From the NCBI RefSeq assembly GCF_009914755.1, contig NC_060925.1: DNA of 64,000 nt, one strand, 5' to 3'. The first letter of the stretch is position 1; each line of letters opens with the position of its first letter. This stretch comes from the human T2T-CHM13v2.0 reference genome, Homo sapiens. The position numbers and the translations under genes were made by a program. Below the pieces are notes generated by a model. It searched no databases, had not been told where the DNA came from, and was given only the letters and a program-made list of their open reading frames with translations. This document shows, one piece after another, positions 1 through 16,299 of this stretch.

Positions 1-179
1 AGTGTCAGAGAAGTCTGTCAGTGGGTCATAGGGCTCCACGTGCTAGCCTGGGTTTCCGTGCCAGAATTTTGTTCTTGGGAGGCAGGTAGGGAAAAGCAAG
101 TCAACATCTCCAGTTCCAGATGAGCTAGGGCACTTGACCAAATACAGGTACAGAAGTTAGTCCTTGAGGTAGAGCTTAC

Positions 180-280
180 CTGTTGGAGAACATGGCAGAA
201 ATCATTGTACCAAAATTGGAGCACAGGTCAGAGGCTAAAGCATGGCTTACTGCTGTGGCTCATGGTGAACTTGAGCTTCT
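180..280 (-). ncRNA. Possible first exon of an antisense lncRNA (NFIA-AS1-like); 5' boundary is a guess
   Basis: Strong minus-strand donor CAG|GTAAGC (+ strand gcttac|ctg, 174-182). I recall that NFIA-AS1 lies antisense within NFIA intron 2 near this position, but this cannot be verified from sequence alone. Confidence 0.25.
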
Positions 281-1112
281 CATGGCCCCTCCTATCTCCT
301 GAGGATGGCTGAGCTCACAGATGGGGACTGTTATGTAATCAGAGGTCAAGTGGTTTAGCTGGGGTGGCAGAGAGCCAGGTGAAGACTGAAAGTGTTCAAA
401 TAAGGAAGAGAACAGAATTGCTTTATGTCTGCCTTCATGAAGACAAACCCTAATAGCCAAAGGACTGAAAGTTTGCCCAAAGAGACCTCAATTTTTGAAA
501 GGAAAATGCATCTTCTCCTTATGTTAGAATGACCACGTCTAAATAAAATAAACTCTTTTGCCTTTTGTTGTTACTTGTCTTGGTATCTACCATTGTTTGA
601 CACTAAAAAAAAATAAAGCAGTGACTAATTATTGGCTAATTTAATCTGTCATGATGGCATTTGTAATTCAGGTACATCCTTCATTAAAGCAAGTATAGGC
701 ATTATTATTTTTAAAACTTTTTTTTTCTATTTGGATTTCTTCTATTTTGTTTGATTATTTATTTTGTTGTTACTGGTGGTGGTGGTGTTTTACAGTGAGA
801 CATACTGGTTAGCTCAGCTAAGGTGTTTGAGTAAGACTTCATAAACATAAAGTACTTTGTGTGGGTTTGTTTTGTGTGTTCCATCTTACGTCATTTGTGG
901 CACTGAAAATGAGATTGCAATTCCCAGAGTACTGGGATAGTTCATTCAGAGGTTAGCCCACCTAAGTTTATAGCAGTTGTCTGTAATAGAATTGTAACTA
1001 ATTTCCACTGTTGTTTTTGGAGAAAACTGTAGACTATAATTATGTGTTAGCACTTTTTAAACAGCTCCCTGCATTGTCATATCATTTTAAATGGGCTCTG
1101 TTTTAAAATGAC

Positions 1113-1187
1113 CTTTCATGTTTTGATTGCAAAAATATAGCTTACACAGGTCTGTAGTTAGCAAAATACAAGGATCCAGTAAATGAT
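1113..1187 (+). repeat. Copy 1 of a 75-bp dispersed direct duplication
   Basis: ctttcatgttttgattgc...ggatccagtaaatgat; 72/75 identical to 3484-3558. Confidence 0.95.
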
Positions 1188-2777
1188 AGAGCATTGACAC
1201 AACTCTAGAAGCATGTGTTAAACATCACTGGCACTGCCCTAGGTTTAAAGGGGAAGAAATAGGGAAGTAGAAATTCACTGTTCTTCAACACTCCTTCTGT
1301 TGGATAGGCAAGATTAGTACATAGAACAGTTATGGAGCCATGTGAAAAAAAATAGTAGTTATACAAATGTAAAATGCTACACATGAAGTATATTGCATTA
1401 CCTTTTTGTGGCCTATGGAAAGAAGTCTCAGAGCACAGTAAGATTCAAGTACCATCTCCCAGAATTGGGGTCAGCAACACCATTTTATATTTTGGCAAAT
1501 GCTACCCACTGTCTCCCAAACGGCAGATATCTGCATATAGTTAGTCATGTGGACACACCCTTCCTCTGCTACATTGCATTGCCATATTAGTAGTAGAATT
1601 TTAGTGTTGATTTAAAAGACAGTCTGCCTTAAAGCAGATTGCATAGTTTGCACACTGTGAATTGTAATTAAAGTGTAAGGGGGGCTTATTATGTCAACAA
1701 CTGGCATGAGAACCCCCGAGCAGCAGGTGACCCTGACCATGTGACGTTTGTGACAGCTAGGATCCCCTTTTCACTGGCTTAGCGATCTGAAAGTCCAAAT
1801 TGAAAGAAGCCCAGAGGCTGTATATTTCATTAGATCCCAGGGGAAGTACAGGATACAGCTTCCTTCTGTTTTCCTGGGAGGTCGCCAGAAAGTTTGTAGA
1901 GCTCTGTTTCTGTCAGAGACTCAAAAGAGAAAAGAAAAAGCACACACAAAACAAAACAAAACACCATACACACCACAAAACCATCCACCAATCACCCCCA
2001 GGACCATAAATTTGACATTTCCCACAGTCTGAGACCACAGTGTTGCTGTGTCAGCAATACGCTCCTTGTTTGAATTGTCTGAAAGGAAGGCTCAGTGTTC
2101 TAGCTTTTAAAAAATGTGTAATCTTCAATATGCAGTGATTCTCTTGGTGTAAAACCATGAGAAATTATCAAGTACAGATATCATATGATTTGCTTGAAAT
2201 ACTTTTGCATTATGCGTTACTTTCTCCTGACCTTCTAAAATGGGGCATAAGTCCGAATTTAGAAAGAGGAAACCACATGTGTAATAAGGGAAACAGACTA
2301 AGGAGACATGCCATGTGTATTTCAGATCTTATTGTGATGGGTAAACTGTTTGAAATGTGGTCACATTAAAAGTATGTTACTTTGTGGGAGACTCAAAATC
2401 TTTTACGAGTAGATTTTTATTGTGTTCCATAGTGGAAATAGAACTAGGGTTTGGTTTTGGTGGGAAGTTTTGGTCTTCAAGTCACCTTGGCACCTGACTG
2501 GCAGTTGTGAAACTAAGTAGAAAAGATACCTCTTTTTTCTTGGCACCTCACACGGGATCATAGGATTCTTACTATCATACAATTTATATATCACAGAAAT
2601 GAAAACTTCGGTACTTTGTTGTATAATACAGATCTTGTGCTTGTTGATTTTTAATTTGGGGCTCAAGCTTCCCATGTCAACTAATGTGGCCGCTGCTAGG
2701 CTGCCCTCGGGTAGACCAAATGTAAGCTCACTAGGAAGTATTTCTAGCTCTGTAAATACCTAGCATATCGTTTAGTC

Positions 2778-3326
<549 letters not shown>

Positions 3327-3483
3327 GTTTAGTCCCTAAGTGTTGTTCATTTTAAACCAGAAAGTGAGAATTTTCTGAGCCCAGATTCTACCTTTATACT
3401 GCTATTTGTTATGTTTTGGTCAAAAGGGAAATACAGAAAGAGGAAAGTTAACAGTCATGGTTTGTGTGCTTGTATGTTGTATA

Positions 3484-3558
3484 CTTTCATGTTTTGATTG
3501 CAAGAATATGGTTTACACAGGTCTGTAGTTAGCAAAATACAAGGATCCAGTAAATGAT
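3484..3558 (+). repeat. Copy 2 of the 75-bp duplication, followed by fold-back sequence
   Basis: Offset of 2371 bp from copy 1; three transition differences. Confidence 0.95.
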
Positions 3559-4048
3559 CCTTGTATCATTTATTTAGGACCCTCTGTTGTAAGGGCCCAA
3601 AAAGACTCACTCACAGTGCCATACACATGGCACTGCATGTGTGTGTGCTTGTGCCAGCCTGGGACGAGAACTTCAAGGCTTGAGAGAAAGATGTACCATT
3701 TTCATAAATTTGGTAAATAAATTAAAACCTTTCAACTTAGAGCTGCATTTAAGTGTTATAATTAAAGGACTACCAGTTGGGTTTTTTGTTTTGTTTTGTT
3801 TTGTTGTTTTACAGTCCATCTATTTTAGCAAATTCGCAAATAATTAGTTTCTTTTATTTATGTTTTTCAAGATCGGTTCCTCTATTCAGCCAGAGGAAAA
3901 CCCAATATCCTTAGCTGCGTTTTACCTCAGGTACCCAGAGAATTGAGGCAAGAATAGGTTGTGGGAATGTGAGAGAAGTGTGTCTGTGCTGTCTCAGCTC
4001 AGTTAACTAGTCCTCTGTAGCAGGATAAGCATGTTTGTGCAGAGGTAG

Positions 4049-4404
<356 letters not shown>

Positions 4405-4471
4405 CTACTGAGTTCGTAAGTGAAGCTTTTTCCCCTCTCATGTTATTTGAATATTGTTTCCTTCATCTTTG

Positions 4472-4766
4472 TTTATTTATTATTTATTTTTCAAACCAGG
4501 GTCTCACTCTGTTGCCAGAACTGGAGTGCAGTGGCACACAATCATAGCTCAGCATAGCCTCAAACTCCTGGACTTAGGTGATCCTCTCATCTCAGCCTCC
4601 TGAGTAACTAGGACTACATGCTTAGCTGTTTTTTTTTTTTTTTCTTTTTTTCTTTTTTTTTTTTTCCTGAGACAGGGTTTTGCTAAGTTTCCCAGGCTGG
4701 TCTTAAATGATGCTCTCATCTTGGCCTCCTAAAGTGCTGGGATTACAGGGATGTAATCCTGGACCC
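4472..4766 (-). mobile_element. Degenerate AluJ
   Basis: J-type motifs (agcctcaaactcctgg, tgatcctc), internal deletions and an expanded T linker. Confidence 0.85.
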
Positions 4767-5496
4767 TTAATCTTTATTATTAGTTCATCATCTTTTATCA
4801 TGTATACTATGTGCCTTGAAAGTGTGTATTATTTTATTATCTGCACAATTCCACATCACTTTATTGATATTCTGAATATACCTGTAGTATGTTAATAAAT
4901 AGCATCTAATAAAATGTAGATACATAAAAATAAGCCATTTTCATAACTTTTGGCTAATTTTGGAAACAGCATTCTCAACTGCAGGTCAGATTTTTAAAAG
5001 AATTTAATTTTATCTGTGATTGTGTATACATCATGCCAAAGATAAAAGCAATTCAGTTGAGTGAGATAGGGTGTGGAAACAGGCTACATGTTGGAGTTTG
5101 TTGCCAGCCTGACATTTTCAACACAGTTTCTAGACCCATCTTTTTAAATGCGTGCTACAATGAAAACCAAAAGGACTTTTTCATATTGTATTTGCAGTCA
5201 TCTATAGATGTAACTTCTGATGTCTTTATTTTTGTTGCTCTTCTCTTCTCATTAACAGCAGACCTGTAGACACACTAGTCCCAACATGGTTGTTTTACTT
5301 CCTCATATGTGTACTGAAGTGTTCTTTGCTGTCTGATGTATATTAAGGGGTCTTCAGCAATTATGAAACCATTGCTGCAGAAGCCCAGAGTCACATACTA
5401 TAGAAATATTCTATAGTAAGGACCTAACAGGATTCACATTAAACAGAACTTGACTATAAACTAATGGATTCCTACTACAGATAATAGGAAATGTGG

Positions 5497-5837
<341 letters not shown>

Positions 5838-7169
5838 TGAAAACTGTCTATCCACTTCTTTAAATTTTAATTTTTGTTGGTTTATATTTCAAATATTACA
5901 TTGTCAATTAGGATTATTATGACCATAGATGACACATTTTGCCCATCCCTGATAAAGAGAAGAAATTTGCTCCCTAATGTGTAGCCAGTTTAGGAATTTT
6001 AGCCTTAATTGAAAAATGTATACTTTTTTGTAACTGGACTTTGTTTCTGCTAGGAGATAGAAAAGTCTATAAGCCATCTCTGAGATAGATTTCTACTCTT
6101 CCTTTAAAATCTTGCCCGGACTGGCCCTTCCCCTCTCTGTTCTTCCATTCAAGGCTCACTTATTGAACATATATTATGTGCAAGCACTTCATTTAGGCAA
6201 GTACGAGCTGTGTGCCCTCAAGGGCTTATAACTTGTTGGGAAGGCACGTGGGAGTTATATACACAGAGAAATGAATTAGGATCTGAGTCCCATTCTCAGT
6301 AACCAGGGTGTAGGGAGCCAGAGGAAGGAATGATGAGTTCTGCCAAGAGGAAGGGAAAGGATTCTGACGTTATCTTCTACACTGGTTAGAATAGAAGGAT
6401 GGAATCCTAAATTTAAGACGGAGATCTGTGCTGTATACATGTGACTAACAGAGATTGGGAAAGAGTGTAATTACCTCCTGTGCCTAAGAAGGTTGTTGGC
6501 GTAAACAAGGTAGAAGCAAAGCCAATTTTTGGGACAGTTTAACCGAAATCTTTTCAAATATTTGGTAGAAAGCATTGGATGAAGTGTTACAATTTTAATT
6601 AATGTTTTTAAATGACAATTGAGGGTTAATAAACCCATTGTTGCCGTGCAGTTGAGAAGAGTAGAATGGGTTTGTTTTTGCAATCCCAGTGGGGTAATTA
6701 AACTTGCAGTGCCTGTCACTCATTCCTTAGGCTGAGGGACTTTTGAGGTTGCAATAGCTCATCTTGTGTTGCAGCTTTGTTTTTAAATTTAGCTAAGTTA
6801 AAGCCTATGGAAAAAAAATCAAGGGAATGGAAGAGATGAGTTTTGAACTAGTGAATGTGTTCACTCAAGGCACAGGGCCTCTTTGAGGAATTTAGGTCGC
6901 AGACGTCTTTCACAGAAAAGCTGTGTCCAAACTGTCACAGTTACTGCCTCAGTGTCCTGTTTTGTTCTGAAGGACATGACACCTATTTTCCATGCACTTT
7001 TTCAGAAAATAGTATTTGTACCCATTTGTTTTGTCTTCTTAAGGAACGTTCATGCAGACTTTTCGAGCAGTGAGCAGGCGCCAGAGACTATGTCACTGTT
7101 CTGTTCTGCACAGTGTAGCGATTTGCAGTTGGCGAATGAATTCATCAGCGGATGAATGTCAGCTCACTA

Positions 7170-7330
7170 GGTGACAAGCTTCCTGTGATATAGACTGGGT
7201 GAGGACAGAGCTTGGTGAGCCTTTTTTGTTCACGACTTCATCTCTAGCACTCACAGTAGTGCTTGGCACATAGTACATGCTCAATAAATATTTGTAGTTT
7301 TATTTGTGGAATGATATGCTGAGTAAATGA
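7170..7330 (+). mobile_element. L2 3' end fragment
   Basis: gtgcttggcacatagtacatgctcaataaatatttgt is the L2 3' terminal motif. Confidence 0.7.
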
Positions 7331-7334
7331 TTAG

Positions 7335-7647
<313 letters not shown>

Positions 7648-8043
7648 AAGAAATTTTCATAGAGTTTCCACTTCCTTGGTTGCTGAATGATTTGTAATAT
7701 TGTAATCAGTATATCTATGACACAATTTCTAAAGTTATTTAGTGTTTGTCAGTGATGTCTGAAGCTCCATTTGCTCTTTTGAAGTCATTTGTTTCTTAGG
7801 ACCTACAATTCTTAGGAAAAAATGACTTACAGTCAAATAATTTAGGAATTTTAGGGGAAATCTGGAGCCCATTTTATTTAGTGGCCTTAAAGATGAGGTA
7901 CATAAGACCCAGGCTAACCCAGCTTCTAACAGTTGATTCTGAATCCCAGGTTTCCTGATTCTGAACTTGATGTCCATTTTGAGGGGTTGTTAAGCCAAAT
8001 ACCTTCAAGCTTTTCCCCTCTGTTGCACTCACATTTATGAATA

Positions 8044-8379
8044 CAGATGGTCTCTAACTTAGGATGGTTCAACTTAAGAATCCACATTCCATAAAAATGG
8101 GACTTTGATTACCCATACAATACTGGTTTTCACTTTCAGTACAGTATTCAATAAATTACATGAGATATTTAACACTTTAATATAAAAGAGGCTGTGTGTT
8201 AGATGATTTTGCCCAACTGCAGGATAACGTTAAGTGTTCTGAGCACATTTAAGGTAGACTAGCCTAAGCTGTAATGTTTGGTAGTTTAGGTGTATCAAAT
8301 GCATTTTCAACTGATGATACTTTCAACTTCCAATGGATTTATCAGGATGCAACCCCCATCATAAGTCGAAGTGCATCTG
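8044..8379 (-). mobile_element. MER47A-like TcMar-Tigger MITE
   Basis: TIRs cagatggtctctaacttaggatgg / ccatcataagtcgaagtgcatctg, TA target duplications at 8042-8043 and 8380-8381, and internal sequence matching the remembered MER47A. Confidence 0.85.
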
Positions 8380-10480
8380 TACTTACTTTAGACTAAACAG
8401 GAATAATAAAGTACTCTAGGAGAAGAGAACTCAGTAAGAGGTTAACTTTACGTGGAAATGTTACAGGCCTAATGTAAGGTACAGCCAACAACAACAAAAA
8501 AAGCAAGCTGGCGATCTGCCTTCCATGCAAAGGTTATTTTTCTTATTACAACAAAACTAATTAGTGGATTTTCTAATGTAAGAAAATGTTGCTGTTAGTA
8601 AAAGTTTCCTCAGTGTGCCAGAAAGCAGATGGTGGCAGTGAATAGTGTTTTCTTTTGCCAGGTTTTGTATATGCTTTCTAAACCTGCAAGAGATTTTGCT
8701 TTTCCAGATTCAGATTTCTGATCTTTTTTATTTTAAAACAGAAATAGAAACTTATATTTAAATGTACTTGCATCATGTGGTCTGTTTGACATATTATGGT
8801 TACTTGAAAATGTTGAGTAACATTTGATGTTCTGCATGAATTTCTTCTCTAAGAGTCTTGGGACTTTTAATGTTGTTCTATACTCTCTCTCTTTATGGAA
8901 ATAAAGAGTTTCTGCCTTGAGAGTGCTACAATGGGGAGTTTTGAGTGATTTATGAAAAGCAATGGGTAAGATTTTTTTATGTGAAAATTTGTATTTTGTT
9001 TCACTCCCAATTACTGTGCAAGTACCAGCTTTTCACAGTGAGGTTTCTTACAGCATGACTTTGTTCATTATGACTTCAGTGTTTGTATACAGTTTTGAAT
9101 AATTTATTTCTGTCTACTACTGGTGAGATGTTACTTTCTGCTAATTTAAAATGTTTTGCCTAACGTTTTTAATGAAAGTCCTTATAAATATGTTTGTTTA
9201 AAGTCTGAAATCTAAACATGTCCTTAACAGTACCAACGAGGCAGCATTAAAACAAAAGGCATGTTGATTTTAAGGCCAACTGGAAGAATGTATATCTACA
9301 ATGGTGTAGACGTGAGGCTGTAATGAGCATGAGTGTAGTCAAGACTTATGGCTTTGTTGACTAAAACTTAAGAGATGCTTTCCTTTCTATAGGACCTCCA
9401 TTTAGAGGAGAAAAGGAAATCATTAAGTCAATAGATGAGTTATTAAAGTATAAAGTAAAAATGGAAAATGAAAACACACTCAGTGATTTTTTTGGAAATC
9501 ATTTGGGCAAAAGTATCAAGAAAGAATTGTCTCAAAGTTACTAAATGGAATAGTCTCCTTATGGAATTATGTGCTATTTTGGGAGGTGATAGCCAGAATC
9601 AAAGGAAATGAAAGAAGGACTTTCATCCCTTCTTTCACCTCATTCCCATGTAGCTCTGCTGTGTTGTTCCATCCATCCCCAACACTAACCTGATAATTCG
9701 GAGACACCTTGCCGCATATTGTTTCACCTTTAATTCTTGAATAAACTCTGATTCTTACTTATAACTTTTCCCATGTTTGTTGCCAATAAAATTTCCCATC
9801 TCATTTGAAGAGTTGCTATTTCTGTCACCTGTTCAAAGGATAGCACTTCTTTTATTACTACCTCTTTCTTTTTCCTTTTCCAACTATTTCTCCTTTGACT
9901 TTGTTTTTCCCAATAATGATTTGTTTTTATCTTCTTTCCTAGTAACCAAAAATTAAAACAGGACAGAGTTTCCAAAGGAAATGTCTGTAGATGTTAACCA
10001 AACTGATTGAATCACTGGTTATTCTTTGCTTACTTTAAGGCTGTAAATCTGCAAAAAGACAGAGGTGATACTGGTATCACTCACAGCCACAGGTTAGTGC
10101 CTTGGCTGTGCTGATGCTGCCAGGGTTTAAACATTGCTGTGAGGAGCCCAGCACAGGCAGGAGTGTGGGGTGAGGATGTGTGATAACAGGGCATGACGGG
10201 CAGGTAGAACTGCTCGCTTGTGTTTTACACACAGGCGCCCCAGCCTTCCTATAGGCTCTTTCTTGTGAATAGGCTTCCACCATGACCAAAATGTTTGAAA
10301 AACCGTAAAGCCAAGAGATAAGTAATTTTTGTTGAATATAAAATAGATAAGCCATTACCTATTCATAGGAATATTTACCTCCTGATAGACTTTGGCAAGG
10401 GTTCTAACACAGAGACACTCCATGTTCTCACCACCAGTGAAGACGAGGGAAGTAGCTACTCTCAAAAAACAAATAGCATT

Positions 10481-10912
<432 letters not shown>

Positions 10913-11129
10913 CTAAGAAAGGTTAATCAATAGTCATTCTTTAGAGTGAGGGATCCATGCTGATTTTTGAAAAGTGAATCAGAGTAAAAGTTCCAATCGC
11001 CCTCTTGGACTTTTTGATGATCAGCTATTGAAATAGCACGTATGTTAGAGACAGTCCTCCCAGCAAACATGATTTTCTATTAAAATACATCCAGGTGACA
11101 AAAAAGAAGCTTTTAGAAAAAAAGAATTT

Positions 11130-11466
<337 letters not shown>

Positions 11467-12982
11467 TTATTTGGCAAATCCCACACAAACTATTAGTAGT
11501 CCTTATACGAAGACAATTTAATTTTGGGATTATTACTAAGCAAATTACTCACAAATACTGAGTTACTGAAATGGAAAATATTTTTATCTCCCCCCAGTGT
11601 AACTACAGACAAGAATGTAGATAGTGTACTTAGGTGTAAATGACAGATGGAATGAACTTTGGGTGAAGGCGAGAGCACAGAAGCTCAGTGGTACTGAGCT
11701 GGGTTTGAGTGGGTGGGACCCCATGACTGGTTACTGATCTTTGAAAGCGTTTCAGGATTTCAAAGCTACATAAGCGAATTCACGTGTTTTAGTTATCTAG
11801 GTTTGTTTTTTCCTTGTTATATAGGATGTTTGCAGTTTTCCCATTTGTATCAACTCATACATCTTTGAAGTTTTGTAATTCAGTATAGCTTTGGTTATAG
11901 ATTAAAGTTCACTGGAAAATCACTGACTAATCCTTTTAGCATGTTCCACTGTTCCATAGTATAAAGATACACAGAACTTGATGGCTTCCAAGTGTGGTTC
12001 AAACATCCAAAGCACTCGAGATTAGCACCATGTGAAGAAATTTTAAAATATTGTACTGCAATTAATTTTAAATAACTTAGCACTGCATATGTCAGGGAGA
12101 AAGCCATGGTAGAATTCAAACAGAAGCTCCTATAAGTGAAATGATTCACTTACATCATTTAAATAATTTTATCTCTCATAAAGACATAGAAGCAAAATAT
12201 ATGCCTATTTCCACTTAGGAAAGGCTTGGGTGAATTTCTGAAGAATCAGATATTACCTGAGGTTTATTATAATATGGGAAGTCTGTGGAGCATTTATTGG
12301 TTACCAAATGATTAACTCCCTATATTCATGTGTATTTGTTATAGGTTCAAAAACCAAGTTATTACAGAAAAGTTATTGTCAATGTGGAAATTGAAAACAC
12401 ATTATTTTAATAATATAACGTAGAGAAGGTATATCTAAAATACATATTTTTAAGTATTATCCTAAATTCTAGGATCTAGATTAAATTCTTTGAGGATATC
12501 TTTTTAGTAGCTCCTGAAACACAAAGTTTTCTGGAAGACCCGATGGGTCAAGATATAAAGGAAAAAACTTAGTTTATGGCCTTCTGTGGTCAGGGGTTAG
12601 CCAAGTCACTGAAAATAAACATTTGCAACTGTTAGTGGGCTATTTGCGGTCATTTATAAAGTATAATAAGACACAGTTTATGACTTGTAGTGATTATTGC
12701 ACTCATGTTATTTCTAATTGCACTTATGATCAGCAGCAAATAAGCAAATATCACTCAGTGCCTTTTGATGAAATGAGAGTCTTAGCCTTGAATGCAGCCG
12801 AAGACCAACAGCTCAATTGCTAGTGATGTGTTTCAAATGTAGAAAGGCTGGAAAGAACCTTTGCTGAACACCTAACCCTCACCTTCATCTATAGATATTC
12901 TGGCCTGGAGAGGTAAGAATTTACATATCCAAGGGAAAATGGGTGATTTACGACCAGAAAGTAGACCTCCTGACTCCCATAG

Positions 12983-13522
<540 letters not shown>

Positions 13523-13659
13523 TAGTATCTGTATGTTCCAGGCATGGTGCTATCTGCCAGTAAAAATGAGACAGAAAATTAAATAGCATGATGCTTTAAC
13601 CAGTCTATATGCTTTAGAAAACCTGCTTCCAAGCAGTGAACAGTTAGAGAATTATAGCC

Positions 13660-13825
13660 ACTCATAATTTACAAGGCACTGTAAATCATGCCATTCAGTC
13701 CTGGTACTCTCTAGAGTCAGGTATTTGGAATGAGTCAGTTGAGGTTCAGGGAGGTAAAGGGGCTTGCCCAATTCCTCAAAGCTAATATAAATAGCCAAGA
13801 AGGGACTCAAACCCAGGTTTTCTTT
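13660..13825 (-). mobile_element. MIR
   Basis: gaggttcagggaggtaaaggggcttgccc...ggactcaaacccagg resembles the reverse MIR core. Confidence 0.6.
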
Positions 13826-13951
13826 TATCATGCCTTTTGCCTTTTTTCACTATACCATAGCTACTTCTGGTAGAACTGTCATTTCTATTAAAGGGAGGAT
13901 ACCAGGCCTAATTCAGAATAACATTCTGTACTATGTATGCAATTGTTTCTA

Positions 13952-14299
<348 letters not shown>

Positions 14300-14589
14300 T
14301 TACACCATTTCCAGCAATGCTAGTTATGCAGTAATAGCTTAATATTTCACTTAAAAAAAGATTCTGCCTAAACCTCTCTTTATCTCACTAGAAGAGCTAA
14401 CCCTAACCACTACCACCGCCAGTTAGTATCAGGGCTGCTGTAAATTGTTCCAAGGGTACATTTAGTGGTATTGATTGCTGCTAATAGTAAAAGAATAAAA
14501 GCAATTATGAATGTACACAACAACTTGTTGCTCTACCCCAGTTTCACCAGGAGATAGGATTTAGTCAAGAGGGGATGTCACAGAATCTT

Positions 14590-14703
14590 TATCCTGATTA
14601 GGAGCTTTTTGAGGGGAGGGACCTTGCCTTTTTTCATTTTGTATCTCCAGGTATACAGGGTGAAAGGCACCATAGTAGATGCCAAGCGAATGAATGAATG
14701 AAC
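14590..14703 (+). mobile_element. L2 3' end fragment
   Basis: gaggggagggaccttgcc...catagtagatgcc..gaatgaatgaatgaa. Confidence 0.6.
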
Positions 14704-16299
14704 GAGATGGATAGGCCCAAAGACAACTAAATCAAAAAACCTGTGTTGTTTCAGAGGAGAATGATCCAGTATCATTTCCCCTTTGGGTAGGAGTAGTGGT
14801 ATGAATATTGCTATGACTGCAGAATCCCAGACTTGTCTAGAATCTCTAGTTATAGCTTTCCTCAGCAGTGGGATTCACCAACACACTGAAATAACCTGTC
14901 TGTGGCAAAACTCCATACACAATCCTGTTTTCTCAAATGCTTCAAGGGGAAAAGAAATTCCTGATTTACCCAACCACAGAATCTTCAACCTTCTCATTAA
15001 GGCTTCTGCATTTTTTAGGCAAATTGTTACTGTGCCATTCTTACTCCTATCCTTTCACAGAATTATTTTCTGATTATGGATATGACAAGACCCAGTTGAT
15101 TTTTTCAGAGTTTAGTCATTTATTCTGTGGTTTCAAATCTCTTCTACCATGTTATCTTCCTGCCCCTCTACTCCCCTGCCCCCACCCCCCGACACCAATT
15201 CTTAATTCCCTTTCTTCCTTTTATTCTCACCAGGAAGGGATATGTCACAGTAAACCCTACCACCTTGTCATCCAAAATTTCTAGGGAGCCTTAGTTCTGA
15301 GGGTCTTCTTCTTGAGGCCTTAACCTTACTTTTAGACAGTTGTCATTATCTTTGTCTAAAGGTCATAGCTAAATTGAATAAAAGGAAAGCTGTGTTTTCC
15401 TGTTGATGCACAAAGGCAGTATTGACTTCCCTAATCCAGTTTGCTGAGGGGTGAGAGAATTAAATTAGATATCTAAGCACAGAAATTGAGAGCCTTTGAA
15501 AACAAAGATAAGGAGACAAGACTGTATTTTCCCTTTTCCTGGGAGCTCTGGGCTCAAGATTTTGCAGGTGTGTCATCTGATCCATGGCTTGCATCGATCA
15601 AAACTGTGCCAATGCATATTTAATTAGCAAGGGGACCCTGGATGCATTATAGCCATCATCCCTATATTGAATGGACTGTCAGACTCTCCGCACACTTCTC
15701 CACCCCCACCGTCCCCTGAACCCGTGCTCCCTCCCTTGCCTCGTTGTTTGGGAAGCTTCTGCATTTTGTCTGAGCAGCTAAAAAGTTTCTTTGTTTTTAG
15801 CTGCTGATGCATACAGCGCCACTGAGGAGAATACAAACAAGTAGAGTCCTAAAGTGTTTATTTTGTCTAGGAAGACAAGCTAAACCAATTTGATTCCTTC
15901 GGTAAGATTTTCAAACCCTGTAGAAAACCGACAAGAAAAGCAAAAAGAAAATGAATACACTGTTCAACTCTTCACGTATAGAATTTAAAAAAAAAAAAAA
16001 GAATTGGTTATATTAGGAATAAAGAAGACTTCGGACAAATATTTTAATAATAGAATTAAAGAATACTTTCTATTATGATAGAAGGTATTTTATTTTAAAA
16101 GCTCTGTTTTGATACTTAAATAAGACATTTGTTGTTGGCAAATATTTTATTGATCAGTCTAATTTGCTTGATGCAATTCACCATTCTGACATGAATCTGT
16201 CATTACCATTAGGAAATCCAATGCCTGTACAAAAGTTATTTATGATAGAAGGTGACAAAGAGTTAGAGCTGGATGTATTTTTTTTTAAAGTTTCTAAGG

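Noticed and set aside
5396-5418. 10-bp perfect inverted repeat tactatagaa/ttctatagta (and cgctgtg/cacagcg at 17619-17634)
   Set aside because: Short isolated inverted repeats are expected by chance in 64 kb of AT-rich DNA and have no supporting context.
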